This document shows, piece by piece, positions 20,245 to 31,730 of a stretch of 64,000 nt of DNA. The position numbers were made by a program, and so were the translations under genes. Position 1 is the first letter of the stretch. The number at the start of each line of letters is the position of its first letter. The notes beneath the pieces were generated by a model, which had not been told where the DNA came from, made no database searches, and worked only from the letters and a program-made list of their open reading frames with translations. Source of the DNA: Acidiferrobacteraceae bacterium (GTDB lineage Bacteria; Pseudomonadota; Gammaproteobacteria; Acidiferrobacterales; JAJDNE01); NCBI GenBank assembly GCA_037388825.1, contig JARRJV010000025.1, positions 21,031 through 85,030 on the forward strand. Direction: 5' to 3'.

Positions 20245-21956
20245 GCGGGGCAATGAGTATGTCGTCGCGGTTCCGGGCCTGGCTGGTGTTGCTTGCCCTC
20301 GCACTGTCAATGGGTGGTCTTGTCACACGCGCTGCGTGGCTACAGATCTTCCACGCCGACTATCTACAGCGGCAGGGCAACTCGCGTTACCTGCGTGTGG
20401 TCAAGGACGTACAGCCCCGGGGAATGATTCTGGACCGCAACGGCGAACCCCTGGCGGTCAGCACCCCGGTGGATTCCATCTGGGCCCAGCCCGAGATACT
20501 GGCGCAGGCGCGGACCCATTGGCCGGCGCTGGCGCGCAAGCTTCACATGAGTACGCGGGAGCTCGCGCGGGCGGTTCGCCGTTACAAAGGCAAAGAGTTC
20601 ATGTATCTCCGGCGCCAGGTGGCCCCGGAATTCGCCGACGCCGTTCTTGCATTGGATGTCCCCGGCGTTTCCGTGGTGCACGAATACCGCCGCTACTATC
20701 CTGCCGGCGCAGCGGCGGGTCACATACTCGGTTTCACCAACGTTGACGATCATGGCCAGGAAGGACTGGAGCTTGCCTTCGATAAATGGTTGTCGGGCAC
20801 GCCCGGACTCAAGCGGGTGCTGAAGGACCGCTATGGAAAGATCGTGGAACCGGTGGAAAGCATTTCGCTTCCCAGGCGCGGCAAGGATCTGCGCATCAGT
20901 ATTGATCGCCGCATCCAGTATCTTGCCTACCGCGAACTCAAGCATGCCGTGGAACTGCACAACGCGCGGGGCGGTACCGCCGTAGTCATGGATGCCCGTA
21001 CGGGTGAGATCCTGGCCATGGTGAGCCAGCCCGGGTTCAATCCGAACAACCGGACCGATCTGCACGGACGGCTGGTACGCAACCGTTCGGTCACCGATGT
21101 ATTCGAACCGGGTTCCACGCTGAAGCCGTTTACCATCACCACGGCCCTGGAGACGGGCGAGTACAAGCCCGGCACGCTGATCAATACTTCGCCCGGTCGC
21201 CTGCGCATCGGCGCCAATACCATCACTGATGTCGACAACTTCGGATGGTTGACGGTGACCCGGGTCATCGAGAAGTCCAGCAACGTGGGCGCGGCCAAGA
21301 TCGCGTTGGATATTGGCAAGCAGCCCTTGTGGAACATGCTGGTGCGTCTCGGTTTCGGAAAGGAAACGGGAAGTGGTCTGCCCGGTGAGGTGAGTGGATT
21401 GCTGCGACCGCCAAGGGAATGGGCCCGGGTAGATAATGCCACGCTCGCCTTTGGCTACGGCATTTCCGTGACCACATTGCAACTCGCCCGCGCGTACTGT
21501 GTCCTGGCAAACGGTGGATACCTGCTCACCCCTTCCATCTTGCCGACGGATGCGCCGCTCAATCGGCGATACGTCGTAGACACGTCCCTGACGCACAAGG
21601 TGCGTGCGATGCTGGAGAAGGCGGTTAGCGTAAAGGGCACCGGACACAGGGCGGACATTCCTTATTACCATATCGCCGGCAAGACCGGGACCGTGAACAA
21701 GCTGGTGGATGGGCAGTATGCCGAGCGCCGGCACATGGCGCTGTTCGCCGGATTCGCCCCGGCCACCAATCCGCGCCTGGTCATGGTGGTCACGGTGGAC
21801 GAGCCAGTACGCAACGGCTACTTCGGTGGCCAGGTCGCAGCGCCGGTGTTTCATAGCGTGATCTCCGGTGCCCTACGTCTGCTGAATATCGCACCGGACG
21901 ATGCGCCGCATATCCGGCCCCAGCTTGTGCAAAGCCGGGACGGGAGGGCGACATGA
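20241..21956 (+). CDS. ftsI: peptidoglycan D,D-transpeptidase FtsI (PBP3)
   Basis: The ATG at 20241 overlaps the ftsL stop (ATGA). The STLKPF, SSN and KTGT motifs are present. The track ORF from 19923 is an upstream extension. Confidence 0.92.
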   Translation: MSGAMSMSSRFRAWLVLLALALSMGGLVTRAAWLQIFHADYLQRQGNSRYLRVVKDVQPRGMILDRNGEPLAVSTPVDSIWAQPEILAQARTHWPALARKLHMSTRELARAVRRYKGKEFMYLRRQVAPEFADAVLALDVPGVSVVHEYRRYYPAGAAAGHILGFTNVDDHGQEGLELAFDKWLSGTPGLKRVLKDRYGKIVEPVESISLPRRGKDLRISIDRRIQYLAYRELKHAVELHNARGGTAVVMDARTGEILAMVSQPGFNPNNRTDLHGRLVRNRSVTDVFEPGSTLKPFTITTALETGEYKPGTLINTSPGRLRIGANTITDVDNFGWLTVTRVIEKSSNVGAAKIALDIGKQPLWNMLVRLGFGKETGSGLPGEVSGLLRPPREWARVDNATLAFGYGISVTTLQLARAYCVLANGGYLLTPSILPTDAPLNRRYVVDTSLTHKVRAMLEKAVSVKGTGHRADIPYYHIAGKTGTVNKLVDGQYAERRHMALFAGFAPATNPRLVMVVTVDEPVRNGYFGGQVAAPVFHSVISGALRLLNIAPDDAPHIRPQLVQSRDGRAT

Positions 21957-23422
21957 ACGCGGGCGATCGCAAGTTGTCCGATCTCCTGCAGGGAATGCTG
22001 GCCGTTCCCGCGGAACTGGATTGCGGGATTCGCGGTCTGGCGCTGGATAGCCGCCAGGTCGAACCCGGTACCTTGTTCCTCGCCTTCCCCGGAATCCGGG
22101 CCGACGGACGCGACTACATCGAGGATGCGAAGGCCCGCGGCGCGGTTGCCGTGGTGTTCGAAGGGGGTGACGGCTACGCGCTCGCGGACATGGGACTGCC
22201 GGCCCTGGCGGCCGACGGTCTGGCACAGATGGTCGGCAGGATCGCGGACCGCTTCTATGATTCGCCTTCATCGGGACTGACCGTGATCGGCGTCACGGGG
22301 ACCAATGGCAAGACCACGGTCAGCCACCTGGTTGCGCAGGCACTGGATGGCAAGTCCGGTCGCTGCGCCGTCATTGGAACGTTGGGCAACGGCTTTCCCG
22401 GTGCCCTGGACCAGACCCTGCATACCACGCCGGACGCAATCACGCTCCATCGCCTGATGGCGGAGTACCGGTCCGCCGGAGCCACGGCCGTGTGCGTGGA
22501 GGTCTCTTCCCACGCACTCGAGCAGGGGCGGGTCGGTGGCGTCCGCTTCGACATCGCGGTGTTTACCAACCTTTCGCGCGACCACCTCGACTACCACGGA
22601 GACATGGACAGTTATGGTGCGGCGAAGGCTCGACTCTTCGAGATCGCCAGCCTGCGGCTGGCGGTCATCAATGAAGACGACGAGTATGGACAAGGTCTGC
22701 TTGCGACAGTCGGCAAACGGCTTGCAACCGTCGGCTACGGTCTTCGGGCCGGCGAGTTCCGAGCGACCCGGGTGCAGGCGACCCATGCCGGTCTGGAAGT
22801 GAGTGCCACCACACCTTTGGGAGGCTGCGAGCTGCGCAGCCCGCTGTTCGGGCGCTTCAACGCATACAACCTGCTCGCGGCCCTGGCGGTGCTGGTCCAC
22901 TGTGAGCTGGATCTCAACGACGCCGCCCGGCGTCTGGGCTCGGCCCATGCGGTGGCCGGCCGAATGGAGCGCTTTGCGGGTAGCGAACAGGCGCCACTGA
23001 TCGTGGTCGACTATGCCCATACCCCGGATGCCCTGGAGAAGGTGCTTATCGCACTTCGAGAGCACACCGAGCGGCAGCTGTGGTGCGTGTTCGGTTGCGG
23101 TGGCGATCGCGATCGCGGGAAGCGGCCGCAGATGGGTGCGGTTGCTGAACGACTGGCGGATGCGGTCATCCTGACCGACGACAATCCGCGCCACGAATCC
23201 CCGGCCGTCATCGTCGGAGAGATCCAGGCCGGCATGAAACGGTCGGCGCCGGTTGTACACAATCGCGCCGAGGCGATCCGCAGCGCGTTTTCGCGGGCCG
23301 GTGCCGGCGACATCGTTCTGGTCGCCGGGAAGGGGCACGAGGACTACCAGCAGTTCGGCGACGAACGTCGCCCGTACAGCGACCGGGAAACGGTGCGGCA
23401 ACTTATGGGGGAGGCGGCGTGA
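21953..23422 (+). CDS. murE: UDP-MurNAc-L-Ala-D-Glu:meso-DAP ligase
   Basis: 489 aa. Mur ligase P-loop GVTGTNGKTT and a DNPR motif. Position matches dcw order. Confidence 0.93.
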   Translation: MNAGDRKLSDLLQGMLAVPAELDCGIRGLALDSRQVEPGTLFLAFPGIRADGRDYIEDAKARGAVAVVFEGGDGYALADMGLPALAADGLAQMVGRIADRFYDSPSSGLTVIGVTGTNGKTTVSHLVAQALDGKSGRCAVIGTLGNGFPGALDQTLHTTPDAITLHRLMAEYRSAGATAVCVEVSSHALEQGRVGGVRFDIAVFTNLSRDHLDYHGDMDSYGAAKARLFEIASLRLAVINEDDEYGQGLLATVGKRLATVGYGLRAGEFRATRVQATHAGLEVSATTPLGGCELRSPLFGRFNAYNLLAALAVLVHCELDLNDAARRLGSAHAVAGRMERFAGSEQAPLIVVDYAHTPDALEKVLIALREHTERQLWCVFGCGGDRDRGKRPQMGAVAERLADAVILTDDNPRHESPAVIVGEIQAGMKRSAPVVHNRAEAIRSAFSRAGAGDIVLVAGKGHEDYQQFGDERRPYSDRETVRQLMGEAA

Positions 23423-24762
23423 TGTCCCTGCACGAGGCCGCGAACGTATTGAAGGCGCGACTGCACGGCAGCGATGCGGTGTTTACCGGCGTGGATACCG
23501 ATACCCGCCGCCTGCGACCGGGCGATCTTTTTTTCGCCCTAAAGGGCCCGCGTTTCGACGGTCATCTCTTTCTGGGTGAGGCCGCGGCGGCGGGCGCGGT
23601 CGGGGCGGTGGTCAGCCGCGAGATTGAGGCGCCGCTATCGACCGTGGAGGTGGCAGATACACGGGTGGCCCTGGGTGAGCTGGCCGCTCACTGGCGCGCA
23701 CGGTTCGAGTTCCCCGTGATCGCCGTCACCGGCAGCAACGGCAAGACCACCGTCAAGAACATGATCGCCTCCATCATGGCACAAACCGGTCCGGGCTCTG
23801 CGACCGAGGGGAACCTGAACAACGACATCGGTGTACCGCTGACCCTGCTCAAACTGAAACCGGAACATCGCTATGCCGTGGTCGAGATGGGAATGAACCA
23901 TCGCGGTGAGATCGCCTATCTGACGAACCTTGCCCGGCCGACGGTGGCCGTGATCACCAATGCCGGCGCCGCGCATCTTGAGGGGCTGGGCTCGGTGGAG
24001 GCCGTTGCCCGTGCAAAAGGAGAGATCTTCGCCGGTCTGGCAAGGGACGGGATCGCGGTGATCAATGCCGACGATGAATATGCCGGCTTGTGGCGGGAAC
24101 TTGCCGCACCCCGGCGCTACATCACCTTTGGCCTTGAGAACAAGGCGGACGTCAGCGCGCAGTACCAGTCCCTTGCGGACGGAAGCACGATTCAACTCAC
24201 CACCGAAATGGGGGAAGTGGAAATGAAATTACCATTGCTCGGGAGACACAACGTGATGAATGCAGTGGCGGCTGCCAGCGCATCCCTGGCGGGAGGCGCC
24301 AGTCTGGCCGATATTCGTCAGGGCCTGGAGAAGCTCAAGGCCGTGGCTGGCCGGCTGGAGATCAAGCAGGGCATCAACGGGGCGCGCATTCTCGACGATA
24401 CCTACAACGCCAACCCGGCGTCAGTCGCCGCGGGACTGCAGGTCCTGCGTGAAGCATCGGGCGAGCGCGTACTGGTTCTCGGAGACATGGCCGAACTGGG
24501 TGAGGCCGCGGAAGAAATTCATCGCCGCGTCGGTGAGATGGCGCGCCGCGTCGGTGTGGAGCGACTGCTCACGGTGGGGACGCTGAGTGCCGCCGCGGCG
24601 GAGGCCTTTGGCAAGGGCGCGAAACATTTTGCCTCGCACGAGGAATGTGCCGATGCCCTGCTGGACCTGCTCCATGGCGAGGTGACGGTGTTGATCAAGG
24701 GCTCGCGCAGCATGCACATGGAAGATGTGGTGCGGCGCGTCGTGCAGGCGGACCAGGGATAA
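23419..24762 (+). CDS. murF: UDP-MurNAc-tripeptide:D-Ala-D-Ala ligase
   Basis: 447 aa. AVTGSNGKTT is present. Position matches dcw order. Confidence 0.93.
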   Translation: MMSLHEAANVLKARLHGSDAVFTGVDTDTRRLRPGDLFFALKGPRFDGHLFLGEAAAAGAVGAVVSREIEAPLSTVEVADTRVALGELAAHWRARFEFPVIAVTGSNGKTTVKNMIASIMAQTGPGSATEGNLNNDIGVPLTLLKLKPEHRYAVVEMGMNHRGEIAYLTNLARPTVAVITNAGAAHLEGLGSVEAVARAKGEIFAGLARDGIAVINADDEYAGLWRELAAPRRYITFGLENKADVSAQYQSLADGSTIQLTTEMGEVEMKLPLLGRHNVMNAVAAASASLAGGASLADIRQGLEKLKAVAGRLEIKQGINGARILDDTYNANPASVAAGLQVLREASGERVLVLGDMAELGEAAEEIHRRVGEMARRVGVERLLTVGTLSAAAAEAFGKGAKHFASHEECADALLDLLHGEVTVLIKGSRSMHMEDVVRRVVQADQG

Positions 24763-24783
24763 GACGGGGACGGGACCAGGACA

Positions 24784-25866
24784 GTGCTGTATCACCTGTT
24801 CGAATATCTGTCGCGGGACTTCAGTTTTCTGAACGTCTTCCGCTACCTGACCTTTCGGGGGATTCTCGGGGTGCTGACCGCGCTCGTGATCTCGTTCTGG
24901 ATTGGTCCGGGCATGATTCGCCGTCTCGGCTATCGTCAGTTGAGCCAGACCATCCGCGACGACGGACCGGAAACCCATCTGGCCAAGGCGGGCACGCCGA
25001 CCATGGGCGGGGCGATGCTGCTGGTCGCCATCGGAATCTCCACGCTCTTGTGGTCGGACCTTACCAATCGATTCGTGTGGACGGTTCTGCTCACCACGCT
25101 TGCCTTCGGCATTGTGGGCTTCATCGACGACTACAAGAAGATCATCAACAAGGATCCCCGCGGTATCGGCGCCAGGGCCAAGTTTTTCTGGCAGTCCGTA
25201 GTGGGGCTTGGTGCGTCCGTGTTCCTGTATGTTTCCGCCACCGCGCCGGCGGAGACACAGTTGATCGTACCGGTTTTCAAGAATGTCGCGATCCATCTCG
25301 GTCCGGGCTTCGTCATTCTTTCGTACCTGATGATCGTGGGCTTCAGCAACGCCGTGAACTTCACGGACGGGCTCGACGGCCTGGCGATTCTTCCTACGGT
25401 CATGGTGGCGGGAGCCCTGGCGGTGTTCGCCTATGCCACCGGCAATATCCAGTTCTCCCAGTACCTGGGGATTCCCTACATCGCGGGAGCCGGCGAAGTG
25501 CTGGTCTTCTGCGCCGCGCTGGTAGGCGCCGGACTCGGGTTCCTCTGGTTCAACACTTATCCGGCGCAGGTGTTCATGGGCGACATCGGAGCGCTCGCCC
25601 TGGGTGCGGCCCTGGGTGTGATTGCCGTGGTGGTGCGCCAGGAAATCGTGTTGCTGATCATGGGCGGCCTGTTCGTCATGGAAACCGTATCCGTGGTTCT
25701 GCAGGTGGTGTCGTTCAAACTGGTGGGCAAGCGGGTGTTTCGCATGGCGCCGCTGCACCACCACTTCGAACTCAAGGGTTGGCCGGAGCCGCGTGTCATC
25801 GTGCGGTTCTGGATCGTGACCGTAATTCTGGTCCTGATCGGGCTGGCCACCCTGAAGGTGCGATGA
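24784..25866 (+). CDS. mraY: phospho-MurNAc-pentapeptide translocase
   Basis: 360 aa. Polytopic, with MraY motifs ([23 protein letters not shown]). Confidence 0.94.
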   Translation: MLYHLFEYLSRDFSFLNVFRYLTFRGILGVLTALVISFWIGPGMIRRLGYRQLSQTIRDDGPETHLAKAGTPTMGGAMLLVAIGISTLLWSDLTNRFVWTVLLTTLAFGIVGFIDDYKKIINKDPRGIGARAKFFWQSVVGLGASVFLYVSATAPAETQLIVPVFKNVAIHLGPGFVILSYLMIVGFSNAVNFTDGLDGLAILPTVMVAGALAVFAYATGNIQFSQYLGIPYIAGAGEVLVFCAALVGAGLGFLWFNTYPAQVFMGDIGALALGAALGVIAVVVRQEIVLLIMGGLFVMETVSVVLQVVSFKLVGKRVFRMAPLHHHFELKGWPEPRVIVRFWIVTVILVLIGLATLKVR

Positions 25867-25867
25867 C

Positions 25868-27217
25868 ATGGGGGCAGAGGAACTGGCGGTGAGCACAAGA
25901 GGGCATGCACTGGTGGTGGGCGTTGGCAAGACCGGCTTGTCGTGCGTTCCCTTTTTGCTGCAGCAAGGGTACACGGTCGAGGTCGCGGACACCCGTGATG
26001 CACCGCCCATGTTGCCTGCCCTGCAGCATTCTTTCCCCCACGTGCCCGTTCACACGGGCGGTCTGGACCCCGAACGCCTGCGCCAGGCCGATCTGCTGGT
26101 CGTGAGCCCGGGTGTATCGGTACACGAACCGGCGATCGCCAATGCCGGTGTGGAGATCGTGGGCGATATCGAATTGTTTGCCCGTGTCGCAAAGGCGCCC
26201 GTGCTGGCGGTGACCGGTTCCAATGGCAAGAGCACGGTTACCGCCCTGCTTGGCGAGATGGTGCAGCACGCGGGTTTCGTGACCCGGGTGGGTGGAAACA
26301 TCGGTGTGCCGGCACTGGAGCTGATCGAGGCCGACGAGCCCGATGTCTATGTACTGGAGTTGTCCAGCTTCCAGCTGGAGACCACCTCCACCCTGTCCCC
26401 ACGGGCCGCCACGGTACTGAACGTCAGCGCCGATCACATGGATCGCTATGGCGACGTTGAGGCCTATGCCGCCGCCAAGCGCCGGATCTTTCATGGCGAT
26501 GGTGTCATGGTGCTCAATGCCGATGATCCCCGCGTCATGGCCATGGCCGAACCGGGCCGCACCGTCGTGCGATTCACAACGGGCGAGCCGCCGCGGGAAC
26601 AGGACTACGGTGTGGTGCAGCATGAGGGTGAGGTCTGGCTGGCCCGGGGCGATACACCGCTGCTGCCGGCATCGGCCCTGCGCATTGACGGGCGCCACAA
26701 CATCGCCAACGTTCTCGCGGCCCTGGCGCTGGCCGAGGCCGCGGGCGTCGAGCCTGCGCAGGGGGCTGAGGCGGCCAGGTCCTTTGCCGGTCTTCCGCAC
26801 CGCTGCCAGCTTGTGGCCGAGGTCGGCGGGATTCGCTGGATCGACGATTCCAAGGGCACCAATGTCGGTGCGGCACTGGCGGCCCTGGCCGGAATGGATC
26901 GGCCGGTGGTGTGGATCGCCGGCGGCGAGGGCAAGGATGCGGACTTCTCCCATCTGCGCACCGTCGTCGCCGAGCACGTGCGTGCCGCTGTCCTCATTGG
27001 CCGCGATGCGGCACTGATCGAGCGTGCCCTGGGTGGTGCGGTACCGGTCTATCGCGCGGCCGACATGCAAGATGCCGTGCGCCAGGCGCAGGGTCTGGCC
27101 CGATCGGGAGATGCCGTACTGCTTTCGCCTGCCTGCGCCAGTTTCGACATGTTCCGCAATTACGAGCACCGTGGCGAGGAATTCGCTGAAGCGGTGCGGG
27201 ATCGGTTGCAGCCATGA
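25868..27217 (+). CDS. murD: UDP-MurNAc-L-Ala:D-Glu ligase
   Basis: 449 aa. AVTGSNGKST is present. Position matches dcw order. Confidence 0.93.
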   Translation: MGAEELAVSTRGHALVVGVGKTGLSCVPFLLQQGYTVEVADTRDAPPMLPALQHSFPHVPVHTGGLDPERLRQADLLVVSPGVSVHEPAIANAGVEIVGDIELFARVAKAPVLAVTGSNGKSTVTALLGEMVQHAGFVTRVGGNIGVPALELIEADEPDVYVLELSSFQLETTSTLSPRAATVLNVSADHMDRYGDVEAYAAAKRRIFHGDGVMVLNADDPRVMAMAEPGRTVVRFTTGEPPREQDYGVVQHEGEVWLARGDTPLLPASALRIDGRHNIANVLAALALAEAAGVEPAQGAEAARSFAGLPHRCQLVAEVGGIRWIDDSKGTNVGAALAALAGMDRPVVWIAGGEGKDADFSHLRTVVAEHVRAAVLIGRDAALIERALGGAVPVYRAADMQDAVRQAQGLARSGDAVLLSPACASFDMFRNYEHRGEEFAEAVRDRLQP

Positions 27218-28377
27218 GCAGCGCCCTGTTTACCTGGGTACAAACCCGCACCGCCGGCCACCGCCGGCCACCGGCCGATCCGTGGCTGATGGGGGCGGTC
27301 GGGACCTTGCTCCTGTTCGGTACCGTGATGGTCTATTCCGCCTCGATCAATCTCGCAGCGCGGGAAACGGGCCATGACGCCTACTTTCTGTTTCGCCACA
27401 CGCTGCATGTATGTGTCGGGCTCGGTGTGATGTGGTTGACCTCACGCAGTCGCCTGACTTTCTGGGAGCGCAGCGGCCCGGCATTTCTCATCGTCGCCGT
27501 CATCCTGTTGGCTGCGGTCATCATTCCCGGACTCGGCACCCACATCAACGGCAGCACGCGCTGGTTCCGTTTCGGTGGCGTCGCCCTGCAACCGTCCGAG
27601 TTGGCCAAGGGCTTTATGGTTATCTATGTCGCCGGCTACCTGGTCCGGCGACAGGAACAGTTGCGCCAGTTCACCCAGGGAATCCTGATGATAGGCATCG
27701 TCCTGGCCGTGGTCGGCATGCTGCTCCTGCAGGAGCCTGATCTCGGGACCATGGTCGTGATCGTCAGTACGGTGCTGGCCATGTTGTTCCTCGGCGGGGT
27801 GCGCCTGTGGCATTTCATGGTGTGCATAGCCGCTGGCATCGCTTCCGTGGGCATCCTGACCCTGATCTCGCCCTATCGCCTGGAACGGGTGACCGGATTT
27901 CTCAATCCCTGGGCGGATCCGTTCAATACCGGCTTCCAGTTGGTGCAGGCACTGATCGCTTTCGGTCGCGGCGAATGGTTCGGCGTCGGGCTCGGCGCCA
28001 GTGTGCAAAAGCTGTTCTACCTGCCCGCTGCCCATACCGATTTCCTTCTGGCCGTAATTGCAGAGGAGTTGGGCTTTGTGGGCGTACTTGGGGTCATGGC
28101 GCTGTTCACCATTCTTGTGTTTCGCGCCTTCGCCATCGCGCGCGCGGCGGAAAACGTGGGGCTGGAGTACGGCGCGCGTCTGGCCCAGGGCTGCGGTCTG
28201 CTGCTCGGTTTGCAGGCCATGATCAATATGGGAGTGAACCTGGGCGTGTTGCCGACCAAGGGTCTGACCTTGCCGCTGATGAGCTACGGCGGCAGCAGCA
28301 TGGTTTCGAGCTGCTTTGTCGTCGGACTTCTGTTAGCGGTCGACCGGACCGTGCGCGCGCAGGGAGGTGTGCGATGA
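27214..28377 (+). CDS. ftsW: SEDS peptidoglycan glycosyltransferase FtsW
   Basis: 387 aa. Polytopic SEDS protein (PSELAK, LPTKGLTLPLMSYGGSS). Confidence 0.93.
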   Translation: MSSALFTWVQTRTAGHRRPPADPWLMGAVGTLLLFGTVMVYSASINLAARETGHDAYFLFRHTLHVCVGLGVMWLTSRSRLTFWERSGPAFLIVAVILLAAVIIPGLGTHINGSTRWFRFGGVALQPSELAKGFMVIYVAGYLVRRQEQLRQFTQGILMIGIVLAVVGMLLLQEPDLGTMVVIVSTVLAMLFLGGVRLWHFMVCIAAGIASVGILTLISPYRLERVTGFLNPWADPFNTGFQLVQALIAFGRGEWFGVGLGASVQKLFYLPAAHTDFLLAVIAEELGFVGVLGVMALFTILVFRAFAIARAAENVGLEYGARLAQGCGLLLGLQAMINMGVNLGVLPTKGLTLPLMSYGGSSMVSSCFVVGLLLAVDRTVRAQGGVR

Positions 28378-29450
28378 GTACGATCCTCATTACGGCTGGT
28401 GGCACCGGCGGACATGTCCTGCCGGGGCTCGCCGTGGCGCGCCGACTGCACCACAGCGGCATCCAGGTCGTATGGATGGGTACGCGCCGCGGTCTGGAGG
28501 CCAAACTCGTTCCGCCGACCGGAATCCACATGGAATGGATCGCGATCCAGGGTCTGCGCGGACGCGGACTGCTGGGCTGGTTGCTGTTGCCGTTTCGGGC
28601 CCTGTACGCCATGACCCAGGCCGCGATCATTCTCCTGCGCCGCCGGCCAGCGGCGGTCCTTTGCATGGGCGGTTTCGTATCGGGACCGGGCGGGCTGATG
28701 GCCTGGGTGCTTCGCCGGCCCCTGGTCATCCACGAGCAGAATGCCGTTCCCGGATTCACCAATCGCATCCTGTCCCTGTTCGCCACCCGGGTGTTGGTGG
28801 GATTCCCGGAAACTTTCCGTCACATCCCGGGCGTGCAGCATGTGGGCAATCCGGTCCGGCCGGAGATCAGCGCGATCGCGGCGCCGGAGGATCGGATGGG
28901 GGACCGTAGGGGGCCGCTCAGGGTGTTGCTGTTGGGCGGCAGCCAGGGCGCGCGCGCCCTGAACCGGGTGTTGGCACAGACCTACAGCAAGCTGGCCGGG
29001 GAAAACCTGGTGGAAATCTGGCATCAAAGTGGCGAGCGCTGGCTGGACGAAACCCGCGCTGCCTATGGGGCGCATGCGGACCAGGTCCGGTTGTCTCCCT
29101 TCATCGACGACATGGCGGCCGCCTACGAGTGGGCCGACATCGTGATTTGCCGTGCCGGCGCCATGACCGTGGCGGAACTGACGGCAGCGGGAGTGGGCGC
29201 CATCCTGGTTCCGTTTCCCCATGCCACGGACGATCACCAGACGGCCAATGCGCGATTCCTGGCCAGCCGGGACGCGGCCGTATTGCTCCCCGAACTCGAG
29301 TGCACGCCGACGCGGCTGGCCGAGGTGTTGCGCGACCTGGCAAGCGAGCGCGCCGCCGTGTTGCAAATGGCACAGCACGCCCGCGAGTGTTCCACGCCCG
29401 ATGCGGACGAGACCATCGCCCGGATCTGTGAGGAGGTGAGGCGTGCGTGA
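28374..29450 (+). CDS. murG: UDP-GlcNAc:lipid I GlcNAc transferase
   Basis: The ATG at 28374 overlaps the ftsW stop. [17 protein letters not shown] is present. The track ORF from 27807 is an extension. Confidence 0.93.
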   Translation: MSTILITAGGTGGHVLPGLAVARRLHHSGIQVVWMGTRRGLEAKLVPPTGIHMEWIAIQGLRGRGLLGWLLLPFRALYAMTQAAIILLRRRPAAVLCMGGFVSGPGGLMAWVLRRPLVIHEQNAVPGFTNRILSLFATRVLVGFPETFRHIPGVQHVGNPVRPEISAIAAPEDRMGDRRGPLRVLLLGGSQGARALNRVLAQTYSKLAGENLVEIWHQSGERWLDETRAAYGAHADQVRLSPFIDDMAAAYEWADIVICRAGAMTVAELTAAGVGAILVPFPHATDDHQTANARFLASRDAAVLLPELECTPTRLAEVLRDLASERAAVLQMAQHARECSTPDADETIARICEEVRRA

Positions 29451-30840
29451 TCGGGTAAAACACATTCACTTCGTTGGCATCGGGGGCGTGGGGATGTGCG
29501 GCATCGCCGAAGTCCTGCACAACCTGGATTACACGGTGACCGGGTCCGATGCCGCCGAGAGCGCCAACACGCGACACCTGCGGGAACTGGGCGTGCACCT
29601 ATCCATCGGCCACGATGCGAGCCATGTTGGCGATTCCGACGTGGTCGTCATTTCCTCTGCGGTTGCGGGGGGCAATCCCGAAGTGCAGGAGGCCCGTGCG
29701 CGCAAGATCCCGGTGATCCCGCGTGCCGAGATGCTGGCCGAGTTGATGCAGTTGCAGCGGGGTATCGCGGTGGCCGGTACCCACGGCAAGACCACCACCA
29801 CCAGTCTCATCGCCAGCCTGCTCGCAGAAGGGAATCTCGATCCGACCTTTGTTATCGGGGGGCGCCTGCTCAGCGCAGGTTCCCACGCGCGCCTTGGCCA
29901 TGGCGAATATCTGGTGGCCGAGGCGGACGAGAGCGATGCTTCCTTCCTGCATCTGCACCCGTTCATCAGTGTGGTGACCAACATCGATGCCGATCATCTT
30001 GGCGCCTACGGTGGCGATTTTGCGCAACTGAAAAAGGCCTTCGTCGATTTCTTGCACAACCTGCCGTTTTACGGATTGGCCGTGCTGTGCGTGGATGACC
30101 CGGTGGTTCGGGAAATCCTCCCGCAGGTTCACAAACCCGTGTTGACCTACGGAACGCGACCCAAGGCGGATATTCGCGCCAGCGAGATCACGCAGGAAGG
30201 CGGCCGCACGCGGTTTCGCGTTTCCCACGGAGAGCGCGAGGACTGGCTGGATATCACGCTCAATCAGCCGGGCAAGCACAATGTCCTGAATTCACTGGCG
30301 GCCATCGCCGTGGCCAATGCCATCGGCGTAAGCGACGAGGCGATCACAAACGGATTGCACAACTTCGCCGGCATCGGCCGCCGGTTTCAGATCTACGGCG
30401 AAATTCCGTGGAACGACGGAAACGTACTTCTGGTGGACGACTACGGTCACCATCCGCGCGAGGTGGCCATGACCATTGATGCCGCACGCCGCGGCTGGCC
30501 GGAGCGCAGGCTGGTGGTGGTGTTCCAGCCTCATCGCTACACCAGAACCCACGACCTGCTCGACGACTTCGCGGCCGTGTTCAGCGACCTCGAACCCCTT
30601 TTGATCACGGAGGTCTATGCCGCGGGCGAACAGCCCATCAGCGGAGCGGACGGTCGCACGCTATGCCGTACGATTCGCGCGCGCGGTCTGACCAATCCGA
30701 TCTTCGTGGAGAATCTTGAGACTCTACCGCAGGTATTGCGCGGCGTGCTGCAGCCAAATGACATCCTGCTTACCATGGGCGCCGGCAACATCGGCCAGCT
30801 CGCCGCGAGTCTGCCCGAGCAGCTGAAGGAGGTCGTGTGA
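29443..30840 (+). CDS. murC: UDP-MurNAc:L-Ala ligase
   Basis: 465 aa. [10 protein letters not shown] and [12 protein letters not shown] are present. Confidence 0.93.
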   Translation: MRDRVKHIHFVGIGGVGMCGIAEVLHNLDYTVTGSDAAESANTRHLRELGVHLSIGHDASHVGDSDVVVISSAVAGGNPEVQEARARKIPVIPRAEMLAELMQLQRGIAVAGTHGKTTTTSLIASLLAEGNLDPTFVIGGRLLSAGSHARLGHGEYLVAEADESDASFLHLHPFISVVTNIDADHLGAYGGDFAQLKKAFVDFLHNLPFYGLAVLCVDDPVVREILPQVHKPVLTYGTRPKADIRASEITQEGGRTRFRVSHGEREDWLDITLNQPGKHNVLNSLAAIAVANAIGVSDEAITNGLHNFAGIGRRFQIYGEIPWNDGNVLLVDDYGHHPREVAMTIDAARRGWPERRLVVVFQPHRYTRTHDLLDDFAAVFSDLEPLLITEVYAAGEQPISGADGRTLCRTIRARGLTNPIFVENLETLPQVLRGVLQPNDILLTMGAGNIGQLAASLPEQLKEVV

Positions 30841-31730
30841 ACGTAGCGGCCAATGTAATGCACGGACAGCTGAAGCGGAACGAACCGATGTCGCGCCATA
30901 CCAGTTGGCGTGTCGGCGGCCCGGCGGATTGTTACTACCATCCCGCGGATCTTCAGGATCTGTCCCGGTTTCTGGGCACGCTGCCCGAGGGCGAGCCCGT
31001 GTACTTCGTCGGCCTGGGCAGCAACCTGCTGGTGCGTGATGGCGGCGTGCGCGGGACGGTAGTCGCGACCTCCGGAGCGCTGGGGGATCTGGAATTGATG
31101 GAGGCCGGTTTGGTGCGCGCCGAGGCGGGTGTCGCCAGCGCCAAGGCCGCCCGATTCTGTGCCCGGCACGATCTGGTTGGTGGGGAATTTCTTGCCGGAA
31201 TTCCCGGGACCATTGGCGGCGCCCTGGCGATGAACGCCGGCGCCTTTGGCGGCGAGACCTGGAACATTGTGGCCGCGGTGGAAACCATCGATGTCCATGG
31301 CCAGATTCGCACGCGTACACCGGACGACTTCACCATTGCCTATCGCTCGGTCCACGGACCGGAAGGTGAGTGGTTTGTCGCCGCCCATTTCCGCTTGCGG
31401 CCGGGCGATGGAAGCCATGCAAAGGCTGAGATCAAGCGCCTGCTTGCGCAGCGGGGCAGCAGTCAGCCGACCCAGACAGCCAACGCCGGTTCCGTTTTCA
31501 AGAATCCTCCGGGCGACCATGCCGCGCGCCTGATCGAGGCCACTGGGCTCAAGGGTATCTGCGAAGGCGAGGCCTGCGTTTCGGACATGCATGCCAACTT
31601 CATCGTCAATACCGGCGGTGCCCGTGCCGCCGATATTGAACGTCTCATCGAACGCGTCCGGCAGGCCGTGCACGAAGCCCACGGCGTCCTGCTGGAACCG
31701 GAGGTACGTATCGTGGGGGAGGCCGAATGA
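30837..31730 (+). CDS. murB: UDP-N-acetylenolpyruvoylglucosamine reductase
   Basis: 297 aa. FAD-binding MurB pattern ([19 protein letters not shown]). Confidence 0.92.
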   Translation: MNVAANVMHGQLKRNEPMSRHTSWRVGGPADCYYHPADLQDLSRFLGTLPEGEPVYFVGLGSNLLVRDGGVRGTVVATSGALGDLELMEAGLVRAEAGVASAKAARFCARHDLVGGEFLAGIPGTIGGALAMNAGAFGGETWNIVAAVETIDVHGQIRTRTPDDFTIAYRSVHGPEGEWFVAAHFRLRPGDGSHAKAEIKRLLAQRGSSQPTQTANAGSVFKNPPGDHAARLIEATGLKGICEGEACVSDMHANFIVNTGGARAADIERLIERVRQAVHEAHGVLLEPEVRIVGEAE